Below are positions 9,536-19,265 of a DNA stretch of 64,000 nt, piece after piece. Below the pieces are notes generated by a model. That model was not told the DNA's origin, ran no database searches, and saw nothing but the letters and a program-made list of their open reading frames with translations. Position numbers and translations under genes: made by a program. Positions within the stretch are counted from its first letter, which is position 1, and each line of letters begins with the position of its first letter. Origin of the DNA: Candidatus Nanohaloarchaea archaeon (GTDB lineage Archaea > Nanohalarchaeota > Nanosalinia > Nanosalinales > Nanosalinaceae); assembly GCA_013343275.1 (NCBI GenBank), contig CP046106.1, positions 736,001 to 800,000 on the forward strand, in the 5' to 3' direction.

Positions 9536-10453
9536 ATGCCAGAAGCACCTGTTACACGAGACGAAATTGAGAACGCACCAATCAAAGCCAAAATCAAAGC
9601 AGGAGAAGAAGTCGTCAAAAGAGCGCTTGAAGAGTACGATCCTTCCAAGACCGTAATCGGTTTCACAGGAGGTAAAGACTCTACAGTCACTGCGTGGCTT
9701 GTCAAGAGGGTCTGTGAGGAACATGGATTCGAGAAACCGCGTTTCATGTTCGTGGATCACGGCCAGCACTTCGACGAGCTTGAAGGATACGTAGAAAGGC
9801 TTGCAGATGACTGGGGATTCGATGTCATGGTTGCAAGAAACGATGATCTGATCGACCAGGCCGATGAGCCAGGAGACTATGTTCCAGTCGCAGAGCTCAA
9901 CGAACGCAACCAGGAAGAGGCCAAGAGAATCGACGAAGACCTCGAAGAGGTCCAGTGGTTGATGGATACGGAGTCCGGAAACCATCTTCTCAAGACAGTA
10001 CCTATGAACGAACTCCTGGAAGAGGAAGGAATCGAGGCCGTGATCAACGGAGTCCGATGGGACGAACACGAATCCAGAGGCGATGAAGACTTTTACTCTC
10101 CGAGAGACACTCCGGAGCACATGAGAGTCCATCCAATCCTCCAGCTAACCGAGAGAGACATCTGGGATGCATCATGGTTCCACATGGTACCTGACATCAC
10201 AGGAATCGATATCAACTCCTACCCTGAGGACGAAGACGATCTACCGGAAGGCCTCTCCAAGGACGATGTACCTATCAGTCCAAAGTACTGGGCAGGATTC
10301 AGATCTCTTGGATCAGAAGTATCGACAGACAAGACAGAGGAGACTCCGGCCTGGCTCCAGGACGTAGAGAACACAAAAGAAAGAGCAGGAAGAGCACAGA
10401 ACAAGGATGAGAAAGAGATAATGAATAAGCTCAGAGACCTAGGCTATATGTGA
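9536..10453 (+). CDS. PAPS reductase-family / CysD-like adenylyltransferase
   Basis: PP-loop GFTGGKDS, GVRWDEH.SR, RVHPIL, FRSLG; GGTGA RBS at 9523; no C-terminal ECGLH. Confidence 0.85.
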   Translation: MPEAPVTRDEIENAPIKAKIKAGEEVVKRALEEYDPSKTVIGFTGGKDSTVTAWLVKRVCEEHGFEKPRFMFVDHGQHFDELEGYVERLADDWGFDVMVARNDDLIDQADEPGDYVPVAELNERNQEEAKRIDEDLEEVQWLMDTESGNHLLKTVPMNELLEEEGIEAVINGVRWDEHESRGDEDFYSPRDTPEHMRVHPILQLTERDIWDASWFHMVPDITGIDINSYPEDEDDLPEGLSKDDVPISPKYWAGFRSLGSEVSTDKTEETPAWLQDVENTKERAGRAQNKDEKEIMNKLRDLGYM

Positions 10454-10540
10454 GGCCTTCTCAAATCCTATAACGCTTTTTATTTTCTTCTCTATTTTCT
10501 CTATGGAAAGCCAATTAACTTTTGATCTCAAACTTTCTGT

Positions 10541-10852
10541 ATGGAATTTGACAAGTACCAGGAAGGAACCGGAAAGACTGCGGTGTATCCTGAGGATCAG
10601 AAGATAAGCTATCTAGCACTGGGTCTTAACGGTGAGGCTGGTGAGGTGGCTGAAAAAGTCAAGAAATCGATAAGAGATGATAAAGAGCTCGGAGAGGAGA
10701 CCAGGGATGAGCTTGGAGATGTGCTCTGGTATTTAACTCGGTTAGCTGACGAACTCGGGTACGATCTTTCAGATATTGCTAATAGAAATCTGGATAAGCT
10801 GCTGGACAGGAAGGAGCGTGATAAAATCCACGGCAGCGGTGACAACAGGTGA
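10541..10852 (+). CDS. MazG-like nucleoside triphosphate pyrophosphohydrolase
   Basis: LGLNGEAGEVAEKVKK, DELGDVLWY. Confidence 0.9.
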   Translation: MEFDKYQEGTGKTAVYPEDQKISYLALGLNGEAGEVAEKVKKSIRDDKELGEETRDELGDVLWYLTRLADELGYDLSDIANRNLDKLLDRKERDKIHGSGDNR

Positions 10853-11544
10853 AAGAGAATATGGATGCAGTATTTCTCGGAATAAACGATGCAGGAGAGG
10901 AAATCTACAGCTGGCTGAACCAGCGAGAAGACATTGATGTCAAGGCCCTGCTAACAGAGAAAGAACAGCTTGATCTAATCAAGGAGCTGGAACCGGAAAT
11001 CGTTATATCAGCGGGTTTCGAGCACAAGGTTCCCGAAGAGATAATTGAAGTACCGGAGAAAGGTATAGTCAACGTGCATCCATCATTCCTGCCACACAAC
11101 CGTGGATCCTATCCCTATATCTGGCCTATCATGGATAAAACGCCGGCAGGAGTCTCGATCCACTACATGACGGACGGCATAGATGAAGGACCGATAATAG
11201 ACCAGATGGAGGTACCTGTCAAACCTGATGACACCGCTAAAGATCTCTACGAGAGACTTAAGGCCGAATCAGTTCTCCTCTTCAAGGAGTCATGGCCTGA
11301 GATAAAGAAAGGTGTGAAAGGCAGGACACAGGACCTGGATGTAGGACAGGTCCACTACATGGATGAAATGGATGATATAGTAGAAATAGACAGAGATGAG
11401 AAAGTCCGGGCCGGAGAGCTGATCGACAGGCTGCGAGCGCTGACCTTCCCGCCACACAGGAACGCATTCTTCACGGAGAAGGGAGAGAAATACTTTATCG
11501 AAGTGGAGATAACACCGGAATCAGAGATGGATGAAAGGCCTTAA
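10849..11544 (+). CDS. Formyltransferase (probably nucleotide-sugar N-formyltransferase)
   Basis: NVHPSFLPHNRG, IHYMTDGIDEGPII, LRALTFPP; glycosylation context. Confidence 0.8.
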   Translation: MKENMDAVFLGINDAGEEIYSWLNQREDIDVKALLTEKEQLDLIKELEPEIVISAGFEHKVPEEIIEVPEKGIVNVHPSFLPHNRGSYPYIWPIMDKTPAGVSIHYMTDGIDEGPIIDQMEVPVKPDDTAKDLYERLKAESVLLFKESWPEIKKGVKGRTQDLDVGQVHYMDEMDDIVEIDRDEKVRAGELIDRLRALTFPPHRNAFFTEKGEKYFIEVEITPESEMDERP

Positions 11545-12443
11545 AGCCTTTCAATTACTTCCCGAGCAGTCCTGCGCACTGACTCGGCAGAGTTCCTCTC
11601 AGGCTCCCAGCCCTCTGACTTCAGCTTCTCGATGTCCAGACGCATCTCGGGTACATCTCCGGTCCAGCCCTTCTCGCCACCGGTGTACGAAAACTCCGGA
11701 GTCAGGCCCATCTCATCAGCTACAATATCAGCGATACCATCGACATCGATAGAATCCTCCGAACCGATGTTGAAAACAGATTTATCTGATTTCCAGGCCT
11801 CCAGAATTCCGCGCACAGTATCGTCGATGTAGATATAGGATTTTCTCTGCTTTCCGTTGCCGAGGATAGTTAGCTCCTCTGGGTTCTCATCTAGTTTGTG
11901 CACGAAGTCGTAGATAACTCCTTTAGGGTTCTTCCCGCCGATAATATTAGCCAGTCTAACTATTGTAGTATCTATACCGAATGTCTGCCCGTAGACCTGA
12001 ACCATGTGTTCGTCGCCAGCCTTTGTAGCACCGTACATAGAAATAGGATCAAGCCTGTGATCTTCAGGTGTAGGAATTTCGGCCTCCTCCCCGTAAACAA
12101 CGGAAGAAGATGCAAATACGATATCGCCTACGTCTGCATCGACGCATGCATCCAGCACGTTTTTAGTACCTACAAAGTTCTCGTTAAAATCTTTCTCACG
12201 ATCATCCGGGAAAGTGTTGACTTTAGGGTTCGCGGCGAAGTGGAAAACAGTATTGACATCTTCAAGGTACTCTGCAAGACCTTCTTCCTTGATATCGAAC
12301 TCCAGGATCTCTACTCCTTCAGGCACATTCTCTTCTCGGCCTGATGAGAAATTGTCGATCACCAGGATCTCGTGTTCGTCCTTTAATTCTTCCGCAAGGG
12401 TTGATCCGATGAAACCTGCTCCGCCGGTAATCCCAATCTTCAT
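11541..12443 (-). CDS. NAD-dependent nucleotide-sugar epimerase/dehydratase
   Basis: TGGAGFIGS, ASSSVVYG, YGATK. Confidence 0.92.
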   Translation of the reverse strand: MKIGITGGAGFIGSTLAEELKDEHEILVIDNFSSGREENVPEGVEILEFDIKEEGLAEYLEDVNTVFHFAANPKVNTFPDDREKDFNENFVGTKNVLDACVDADVGDIVFASSSVVYGEEAEIPTPEDHRLDPISMYGATKAGDEHMVQVYGQTFGIDTTIVRLANIIGGKNPKGVIYDFVHKLDENPEELTILGNGKQRKSYIYIDDTVRGILEAWKSDKSVFNIGSEDSIDVDGIADIVADEMGLTPEFSYTGGEKGWTGDVPEMRLDIEKLKSEGWEPERNSAESVRRTAREVIERL

Positions 12444-12494
12444 ATCTTGGAATTAGGCCTCATTCATTAAAATATCAACGCGGAATCTTTGTAC

Positions 12495-13241
12495 ATGGGC
12501 AAAAAGAGGATCTCCCTCACTCTCGACGAAGATCTTGTGGAAAAGATAGATGCAGAGGCGGAAAGCCTTGATATCAACCGCTCTCAGACTGTAGAAAAGA
12601 TTGCAGAGGAATATTTCAAAGGTAAAGGCCTTAATACAGCAGTAATTCTGTGTGGGGATCCTGAGAACAAGACCTTGAATCTCTACGAGGGCAAACCAGT
12701 TCTAGGCCATATACTTGAGAACTTGAGTGGGCAGGGCGTCTCCAGAGTTATCTTGCTCGCCGGCCAGAATCGCGATGAGATCAGAGAACAGTTCGGAGAC
12801 GGCTACGATAGCATGACTCTGGAATATATCGAAGATCAATCGGAAGGCACTGCTGCAGCTCTTTCAAAGGCCGAGAAAAAAGTTAACGAAACATTTGTCG
12901 CACTCAACGGCCATGTCGTGGCAGATGTTGATTTAGAGGATATGCTGAGGGTTCACAGAGAGGAAGATTCTTCGGCAACTATGGCGCTGACAACAGTCAG
13001 CTCTCCATCGAACTATGGTGTAGCCAGGCTGAAAGGCCGGAAAATTCTTGGTTTCGAGGAAAAGCCTGAGAGAGGTGAAGAGCCTTCACAGCTGATCAAC
13101 GCAGGTACCTACATTCTCGACGAAGATATATTCCAGCATCTCAACGCCGAATCACTAGAAAAGGCCTTCGAGAACCTTGCAGATGAAGGCCTCCTGTCGG
13201 GTTACATCTACGGTGGGAAGTGGAAGGATATCGATCGCTAG
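12495..13241 (+). CDS. RHH DNA-binding domain fused to degenerate sugar-phosphate nucleotidyltransferase
   Basis: KRISLTLDEDLVEKID...NRSQTVE (RHH), then GTAAAL, NYGV, FEEKP, INAGTY; lacks GGxGTRL. Confidence 0.8.
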   Translation: MGKKRISLTLDEDLVEKIDAEAESLDINRSQTVEKIAEEYFKGKGLNTAVILCGDPENKTLNLYEGKPVLGHILENLSGQGVSRVILLAGQNRDEIREQFGDGYDSMTLEYIEDQSEGTAAALSKAEKKVNETFVALNGHVVADVDLEDMLRVHREEDSSATMALTTVSSPSNYGVARLKGRKILGFEEKPERGEEPSQLINAGTYILDEDIFQHLNAESLEKAFENLADEGLLSGYIYGGKWKDIDR

Positions 13242-13307
13242 GCTTTTTAGCGGGCGTTTCCTGGTTGAACCGATCATTTATAAATCAGAATCGTAATACA
13301 TCGTAAT

Positions 13308-13988
13308 ATGGATGAGGAGTTCAGTGATTCTCTCGCTGTTCTGAGAGACGAGCCAGAAGGCACCAACATCGTCGAAGAGGCTCTGGAAGACGAGTATCAG
13401 GAAGGCCAGAGATTTGATCTGCCGGAAATGGACGACTGCGCACTATGCAGAATAGATAAAACACCTCACACTGCCGGAGAAAACATTTACTGGCGCGACA
13501 GCGACGACAACTACGTGGTCGAGGCTGCCAACAAGAAAGGCCATCCGGTTAGAAACATGATGGTCTACGGCGATCACGGATACTTCCCTACAGATGCCGA
13601 TATGGAGATGCAGGATGAGGATCCTTTCAGAAGGCTTTTCGAGATCAGCGCTTCTCAAGTATACCATTCGGAAGATATAGACGACGACCAGCTGATCCAG
13701 ACAGTCGGAATGAACTCGGTACCCGGACATGCTCATGTAATGGCCTCAAATCTGGATATTGAGGCAGATGAAACAACCGATCACGCACTTACTGGGAGCT
13801 ATATCAGGTGGGATCTGTCCGATGGTGATTACTCTTTCGAGAACCCGGACGAAGTTATGATAAGAGACAGTATCGGCCGCGAAGTACTTGACAGGATGTA
13901 CAGGAACTCTCTAGGGCTTTCACCTGAAGAAGATTATGGCCAGGCCTCGGCAAGAGTTTCCGAGGAGCCGGCCTTTGGAATGGATTAA
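13308..13988 (+). CDS. Acidic hypothetical protein with HIT-like motifs
   Basis: CALC, MMVYGDHG, SVPGHAHVMA; own TATA box TTTATAAAT ~13277. Confidence 0.55.
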   Translation: MDEEFSDSLAVLRDEPEGTNIVEEALEDEYQEGQRFDLPEMDDCALCRIDKTPHTAGENIYWRDSDDNYVVEAANKKGHPVRNMMVYGDHGYFPTDADMEMQDEDPFRRLFEISASQVYHSEDIDDDQLIQTVGMNSVPGHAHVMASNLDIEADETTDHALTGSYIRWDLSDGDYSFENPDEVMIRDSIGREVLDRMYRNSLGLSPEEDYGQASARVSEEPAFGMD

Positions 13989-14014
13989 AAGAACTTAGAG
14001 GAGGAAACTTTACT

Positions 14015-14974
14015 ATGAGCGAAAACAGTACTATGGAAAAAGCATTGATTACAGGAGGAGCTGGATTTATCGGCTCCAATATTGCAGAGAAACTGGTGGA
14101 GGAAGGAGTTGAAGTAGTCGTACTTGACTCTCTCTACCTTGGAGAAGAATCAAACTTGGAAGAGGTCAGAGATGAAATAGAGTTCGTGGAGGGATCTGTA
14201 CTTGATACTGATACGGTAGAGGAGGCCATCGAAGGCTGTGATACTGTATTCCATCAGGCCGCAAGAAGCTCAAGTCCGATGCACAAGGATGATGCTGCAG
14301 AAGGCGCAAGAGTAAATATCGAAGGATTCATCAATACGATCGAGGCCGCAAAGGAAGAGGAGAACATGGAGAAAGTCGTCTACGCATCCACATCCTCAAT
14401 GTACGGCAGCGTAGAACCTCCACACAAAGAAGATCAGGGAGAATACCCGACCAACCTCTACACAGCCTCCAAGATGAGCAGAGAGCTTTACGCAAAGGTG
14501 TACTCTCAGCAGACCGATATGCATTTCACAGGTCTCAGATATTTCTCGGTTTACGGCCCGCATGAGAAAGGAAAAGGAAAGTACGCCAACGTTGTCACCC
14601 AGTTCCTATGGAAGATGATGGACGGTGAGCAACCTGTCATATGGGGCGATGGAACCCAGAGCAGAGACTTCACTTTCGTCGAAGACATTGCAAGGGCCAA
14701 CTACCTGGCCGCAGAGAGGAAGGACGAGACTAACGGCGAGTACTACAACATTGGTACAGGCCGCGACATCGATTTCAACTCTCTGGTTGAGAAACTGAAT
14801 GAGGCCCTGGGGAAGGATATCGAACCGGAGCACATCGAACATCCGAGGGATAACCCTGTAATGACCACAAAGGCCGATTACTCCCGTGCAAAAAGAGATC
14901 TGGGTTACGAGCCTCAGTACAGTTTTGAGGAAGGCCTTGAGAAGACTGTGGAGTACTACAGGAATCACCTATAA
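14015..14974 (+). CDS. NAD-dependent nucleotide-sugar 4-epimerase
   Basis: TGGAGFIGS, YTASK, LRYFSVYGP, GDGTQSRDFTFV. Confidence 0.92.
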   Translation: MSENSTMEKALITGGAGFIGSNIAEKLVEEGVEVVVLDSLYLGEESNLEEVRDEIEFVEGSVLDTDTVEEAIEGCDTVFHQAARSSSPMHKDDAAEGARVNIEGFINTIEAAKEEENMEKVVYASTSSMYGSVEPPHKEDQGEYPTNLYTASKMSRELYAKVYSQQTDMHFTGLRYFSVYGPHEKGKGKYANVVTQFLWKMMDGEQPVIWGDGTQSRDFTFVEDIARANYLAAERKDETNGEYYNIGTGRDIDFNSLVEKLNEALGKDIEPEHIEHPRDNPVMTTKADYSRAKRDLGYEPQYSFEEGLEKTVEYYRNHL

Positions 14975-14999
14975 GAGATTTAATTTTTCTTTTTCTTCC

Positions 15000-15383
15000 A
15001 TGGGAAGAATTGAGAAGCCCTGGGGATACGAGGAACACGTACTTAGCACACAGGTAGATGTAGGTGACAAGGTAGGTATGCTTGGCATCAGGAGACTTGT
15101 GATCGATGCCGATGAAATGACTTCTTACTCCTACCACGAAGAGCAGTCAGATATCATCTACCTGGAGGAAGGAAACGCCCAGATCAGGAAAGAAGGCGGA
15201 ATCCAGGAGCTTGAGAAAGGAAACGCAATAGTAATACGATCCAACGAGAAACACCAGATCCAGAACATCGACACACAGGTAGCTAAGATACTGGAGATCT
15301 CATTCCCTTACAAGCCTGAAGACCTTCACAGGGTAGAAGACCCTTACGCAGAAGCAAGGGACGATGACGAGCAGGAAGAATAA
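15000..15383 (+). CDS. Cupin, mannose-6-phosphate isomerase type II-like
   Basis: RIEKPWGYEE, HQIQN, EIS, RVEDPY; start refined to ATG 15000. Confidence 0.8.
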   Translation: MGRIEKPWGYEEHVLSTQVDVGDKVGMLGIRRLVIDADEMTSYSYHEEQSDIIYLEEGNAQIRKEGGIQELEKGNAIVIRSNEKHQIQNIDTQVAKILEISFPYKPEDLHRVEDPYAEARDDDEQEE

Positions 15384-15391
15384 ACTATCCT

Positions 15392-16501
15392 TTACAGAGC
15401 TCCTGCAACTCCGAACAGGTATAGCCCTGCCAGAACAATAACTGCCTCCAGACCCATCAACGCCAATGTAATCTGGCGCTCGTCAAGACCTCTACGCATC
15501 AAAGGATGAGTCAGGGAGTAGTTCTTATCGTACTTAGGCCTCAGCTCTCCATCAACTAGATCTCCCCATGAGGCCGCGTTGAAGCCACTTCTCAGCTTCA
15601 GAATGAACTCGATCAGCCAAGGTGCAAATATGAATACTCCGAACTTCTCCATGTTCCCTATTACGATAGCTGAGAACAGTGCCGCACCGGCAAGATAGGT
15701 CATTGAATCCCCTGGAAGAATCGAGGCGGGATAGAAGTTGTAGTACAGGAAGGCCGCCAGAGAAACTGCGAGACTGAAGGAGATGATCATGGCCTCGTTA
15801 CTTCCTATCATGTAACCCATGGTTCCCAGTCCTGCAGCTGCAATCATAGCCATGCCTGCTGAGAGGCCGTTGGTTCCCGCAAGCATATTCACCACGTTCG
15901 AAACGAACAGAAGGCCTAGAGGAAGAAGCACCAATGGATAGATAATTCCCCAGTTGATCTCTCCGATCACAGGGAAATGCATTGTCCAGGAGCCGGCCTT
16001 TACCGCCATCAGAGGAAATACTGCGGGAAGCACGAAAAGCATCTTCGGCAGCTGGGAAAGGCCTTTCCGATGCACCTCTGCTCCTTTGGCAATATCGTCT
16101 ACCAGCGGGATATCGAACTCTACTGAACTCTCTTTCTCTCCCTCACCTTCCAGCTCTATATCGATCTCGTACTCCTCCTTCACGTATTCATCAATCCTGA
16201 TGTGGATATCGTCGATAAACCCGATCAATGCGATTATGGAGACCGAGCTCAGTGCGGCGAGAAGTAGAGATACGTCTGCTGGCGGAGCGGATGAGAAAGA
16301 TATTAGACCAAGGTAGAGCGTCATCGATACCAGGAATCCGAAGAAAACCACTACGCCGCCTGAGGTCGGCAGCCGTGGCTTATCTTCTTTCTGCTGGTCC
16401 ACTCCGTAGATTCCGGAGCTGAAAAGGTATTTTCTGGCGAAAGGAACTCCTAGGAATGTAACCAGGAATCCCGCAACCAGAGATACAGCCAGGTACATCA
16501 T
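15392..16501 (-). CDS. UDP-GlcNAc:dolichyl-phosphate GlcNAc-1-P transferase (GPT/AglH, MraY family)
   Basis: PTSGG, IGFIDD, NVVNMLAGTNGL, YPASILPGDS. Confidence 0.9.
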   Translation of the reverse strand: MMYLAVSLVAGFLVTFLGVPFARKYLFSSGIYGVDQQKEDKPRLPTSGGVVVFFGFLVSMTLYLGLISFSSAPPADVSLLLAALSSVSIIALIGFIDDIHIRIDEYVKEEYEIDIELEGEGEKESSVEFDIPLVDDIAKGAEVHRKGLSQLPKMLFVLPAVFPLMAVKAGSWTMHFPVIGEINWGIIYPLVLLPLGLLFVSNVVNMLAGTNGLSAGMAMIAAAGLGTMGYMIGSNEAMIISFSLAVSLAAFLYYNFYPASILPGDSMTYLAGAALFSAIVIGNMEKFGVFIFAPWLIEFILKLRSGFNAASWGDLVDGELRPKYDKNYSLTHPLMRRGLDERQITLALMGLEAVIVLAGLYLFGVAGAL

Positions 16502-19164
16502 TCTCGATCAACTTTCCACATTCTCACGTAACCGTTTGATCCACCAGGAACAGGCTCCGCATACTCTACTCCATGACCGTTCATAAGGTAGAGCCTTACA
16601 AGCACAGTATCCGAAATCTTCCGCGGAACCAGAACCATTCTGGAGGCCTGTGCCCGGATATTAGATCTCTGAGCTGTCAGGAACCCTCTCTCCATAGTGA
16701 AGAAAGGACTTTCAGCAATACAGACCTCGCCCATACCCTGCAGCTGGACAGGATTCGAAACGTTGTAGTTGACAATTCCCTGATCCTCTGTAAGCTTGCA
16801 GCCGATAGGCCTTTGACCTCCGGAAGTCCGGACTGTAGGAGTATCGGTGATATCTATTCCGGTTCTCGAGGAGAGATTTGTAGGCACATATACTGACAGG
16901 CCTCCTCTACTGAACCTTACCAGTGTCTGATTGCCCTGAGTGAATGTCGACTGCCTGATATCGCTCGTTGTGTACAGCTGCAGCATGGAGTTGAACTGTG
17001 AATTGTTCCTGTTGTGAATCTGACTTACTGCCGAGTACTTGCCGATCATACTGTGGTCAAGCACTATGTAATCTACAGACATCTTCTGCAGCAGATCTGT
17101 GTTCTCGTCAGGTGGAGTTGCAAGATAGTCGGCTAGTGGGTAGTTGACAGGCCCACCATCTGAGTAATATGCAAGGTTACCTCCATCTGCAACAGATGCT
17201 CTTCTGCCAATGGTCTGGAAATGGTATCCGTAGTCCCACCAGGAAAGAATCACTGATCCGTTCTCAGTGTTGTCTTCCATGTATTCAAGGTTCTGATCCC
17301 ACAGACTGTTGGGAGACCCGCCTATCTGGCTGGAAGCTACAAGCCCTGTTGCCACGTTCGGAATTGCTACTGCAAGCACTACAACTGTAATTGCTGCAAT
17401 TCGACCGGCCTCAGCTTTGCCCTCTAGCAGCATCTCAAGATCTGCATCTCTGAGCCAGGTAACTGCTCTGGCAACCGTAATGCCTGCTACCAGTGCTACA
17501 GGGAAGACTGCCAGAGTCATAAGCCGGGACTTTGAAATAGCGCTCAAGAAGTTTGTCAGCATCCATAGAAGCGGCAGCAGCTGATACCACTCAATATTCA
17601 CAGCTACCTTCTTCAGGTTCTCTGTATAGTAGACTATACCTATAGAGCCAAGTACAGCTAACGTTGCTGGCAGAGCAGCTCTTGCAGAGTTAAGCTGTCC
17701 TGTAACCATCATCAGCTGTGTGGCTGCTGTGAACCCGAGAACCATCATCTCTAGGCTGAAAAGCGACTCTTCATCTGTATAGAGCAGCAATGTCCAGTAA
17801 CTTCCAAGGATTACTAAGGTAAGAACGATTCCTGGAAGAACAAATCCTTCGAAGAAACTTATGAAGAAGATGCTCCAGGCAGAGTAAGTTGCTGCGAGCG
17901 CTGCGTAGTACTGTTTGCCACTCACTTCTTCCTCAATGTAACCGTATTTCTTCAGAAGCATTAGGCCTACCTTAGTTCCTAGAATGGCTGTTCCTATCAA
18001 CGCTAGCTGTAAAGCCCCGGTAAGATTGCCTAGCGCTGCTAGGAATCCAAGGCCGAAGTTCGAAAGTAAAGGTTGAGCATAACTTGCTCCCAGGCTTGAT
18101 ACAAGGCTGCTGAAGCTTGCGGCCTGGTTTTCTGCTACTGTTCGGAGGATAACGCTTGTTCCCCCTGCTCCTGCTGCTTTGGAAATCAATCCAAAGAACT
18201 TGTCGGCAAGGAACTGCGAGTAAAGCGGTGAGAGCAGCAGAGCTATTAGTCCGAATACCGACATTGTTGGAACGTAGTATGATAGCTGTCTGTCAGAGAG
18301 CCAGTTAAATTCTCCGAGCAGGTAGCGGCTCCAAAGGAATCCAAGCATCCCAAAGTTGACGACCGCTAGATCGCCAGTGATCCAGAAACGGCTGTAATTG
18401 AAAACAGAGGCAACGCCAACCCCAAGAACAACTGTAGGTGTGTAAACTGTTACGAGCCTTCTTATGTCTTCGTTCAGCAGCATTACGATACCTACCGTCA
18501 TAGGGTAAAGCATCCAGAGCATCTTGGCTCCTCCCCAGGTAATAGTAAATGCACCTAGAGAGAGTCCTGCCAGAGCTCCCGAAATATGGCTATTGCGTTT
18601 CCATGAACGTGTGAAAAAGTAGAGCGAGGCCATCATCAGGAAGGTTCCGATCGGTTCCTTCTCGAAGAAACCCGCGGAGGTTCTGTGCATAATCCCTGCG
18701 ACTGTCGCAAGGAAGAAAGCTGATGAAAGACCTGTAACTTTCCCGTACAGCTCTTTACCTAAAAAGTACATAACTACGACACTGAAAGCACCCATTAAAG
18801 CAGGGTAAAACTGAGCCCACTCTGTAAAGTTAGCGAAAATTGCTGAAGGGCCTAGATGGTACATTATTGCTGGGAATACGATATCTCCCTGATTGAGAAC
18901 ATAGTTGGGGGCATTGTATGGGAAGTAACGCATAAAATCAGTTAGAGGTATATTGCCGGAAAGAGCGAGGTGACGTGACTGTCGGAATATGAAGTAAGGG
19001 TCCAGGGCCTGAAGATACTGCATACCTTGCTCAGGAAGGTATCTAAGCCATAGGGCGAGACTGAATATAGCTGTTATGCCTATTCCGCCCCAGTACTTCT
19101 TAACGGTTTCCAGACTTGCTTTCTCCTTAATATTCTCCTCACTGAGCATTTCCTTATAAGACAT
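16498..19164 (-). CDS. aglB: Oligosaccharyltransferase AglB (STT3)
   Basis: ALDPYF, TVAEN, WWDYG, DHSMIGK. Confidence 0.95.
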   Translation of the reverse strand: MSYKEMLSEENIKEKASLETVKKYWGGIGITAIFSLALWLRYLPEQGMQYLQALDPYFIFRQSRHLALSGNIPLTDFMRYFPYNAPNYVLNQGDIVFPAIMYHLGPSAIFANFTEWAQFYPALMGAFSVVVMYFLGKELYGKVTGLSSAFFLATVAGIMHRTSAGFFEKEPIGTFLMMASLYFFTRSWKRNSHISGALAGLSLGAFTITWGGAKMLWMLYPMTVGIVMLLNEDIRRLVTVYTPTVVLGVGVASVFNYSRFWITGDLAVVNFGMLGFLWSRYLLGEFNWLSDRQLSYYVPTMSVFGLIALLLSPLYSQFLADKFFGLISKAAGAGGTSVILRTVAENQAASFSSLVSSLGASYAQPLLSNFGLGFLAALGNLTGALQLALIGTAILGTKVGLMLLKKYGYIEEEVSGKQYYAALAATYSAWSIFFISFFEGFVLPGIVLTLVILGSYWTLLLYTDEESLFSLEMMVLGFTAATQLMMVTGQLNSARAALPATLAVLGSIGIVYYTENLKKVAVNIEWYQLLPLLWMLTNFLSAISKSRLMTLAVFPVALVAGITVARAVTWLRDADLEMLLEGKAEAGRIAAITVVVLAVAIPNVATGLVASSQIGGSPNSLWDQNLEYMEDNTENGSVILSWWDYGYHFQTIGRRASVADGGNLAYYSDGGPVNYPLADYLATPPDENTDLLQKMSVDYIVLDHSMIGKYSAVSQIHNRNNSQFNSMLQLYTTSDIRQSTFTQGNQTLVRFSRGGLSVYVPTNLSSRTGIDITDTPTVRTSGGQRPIGCKLTEDQGIVNYNVSNPVQLQGMGEVCIAESPFFTMERGFLTAQRSNIRAQASRMVLVPRKISDTVLVRLYLMNGHGVEYAEPVPGGSNGYVRMWKVDRE

Positions 19165-19265
19165 GGCCCTGTTCTTGGATTAGGCATACATGTTTTTTAT
19201 TGCTTGCATGCGCTTCTCTACACCGCTGCCGCATGGTTTAAAAACGTTCTAAATGACTCTTTTTC

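Noticed and set aside
10849-11544. Methionyl-tRNA formyltransferase (fmt)
   Set aside because: Archaea do not use fMet; the short C-terminus and glycan context fit a sugar formyltransferase.
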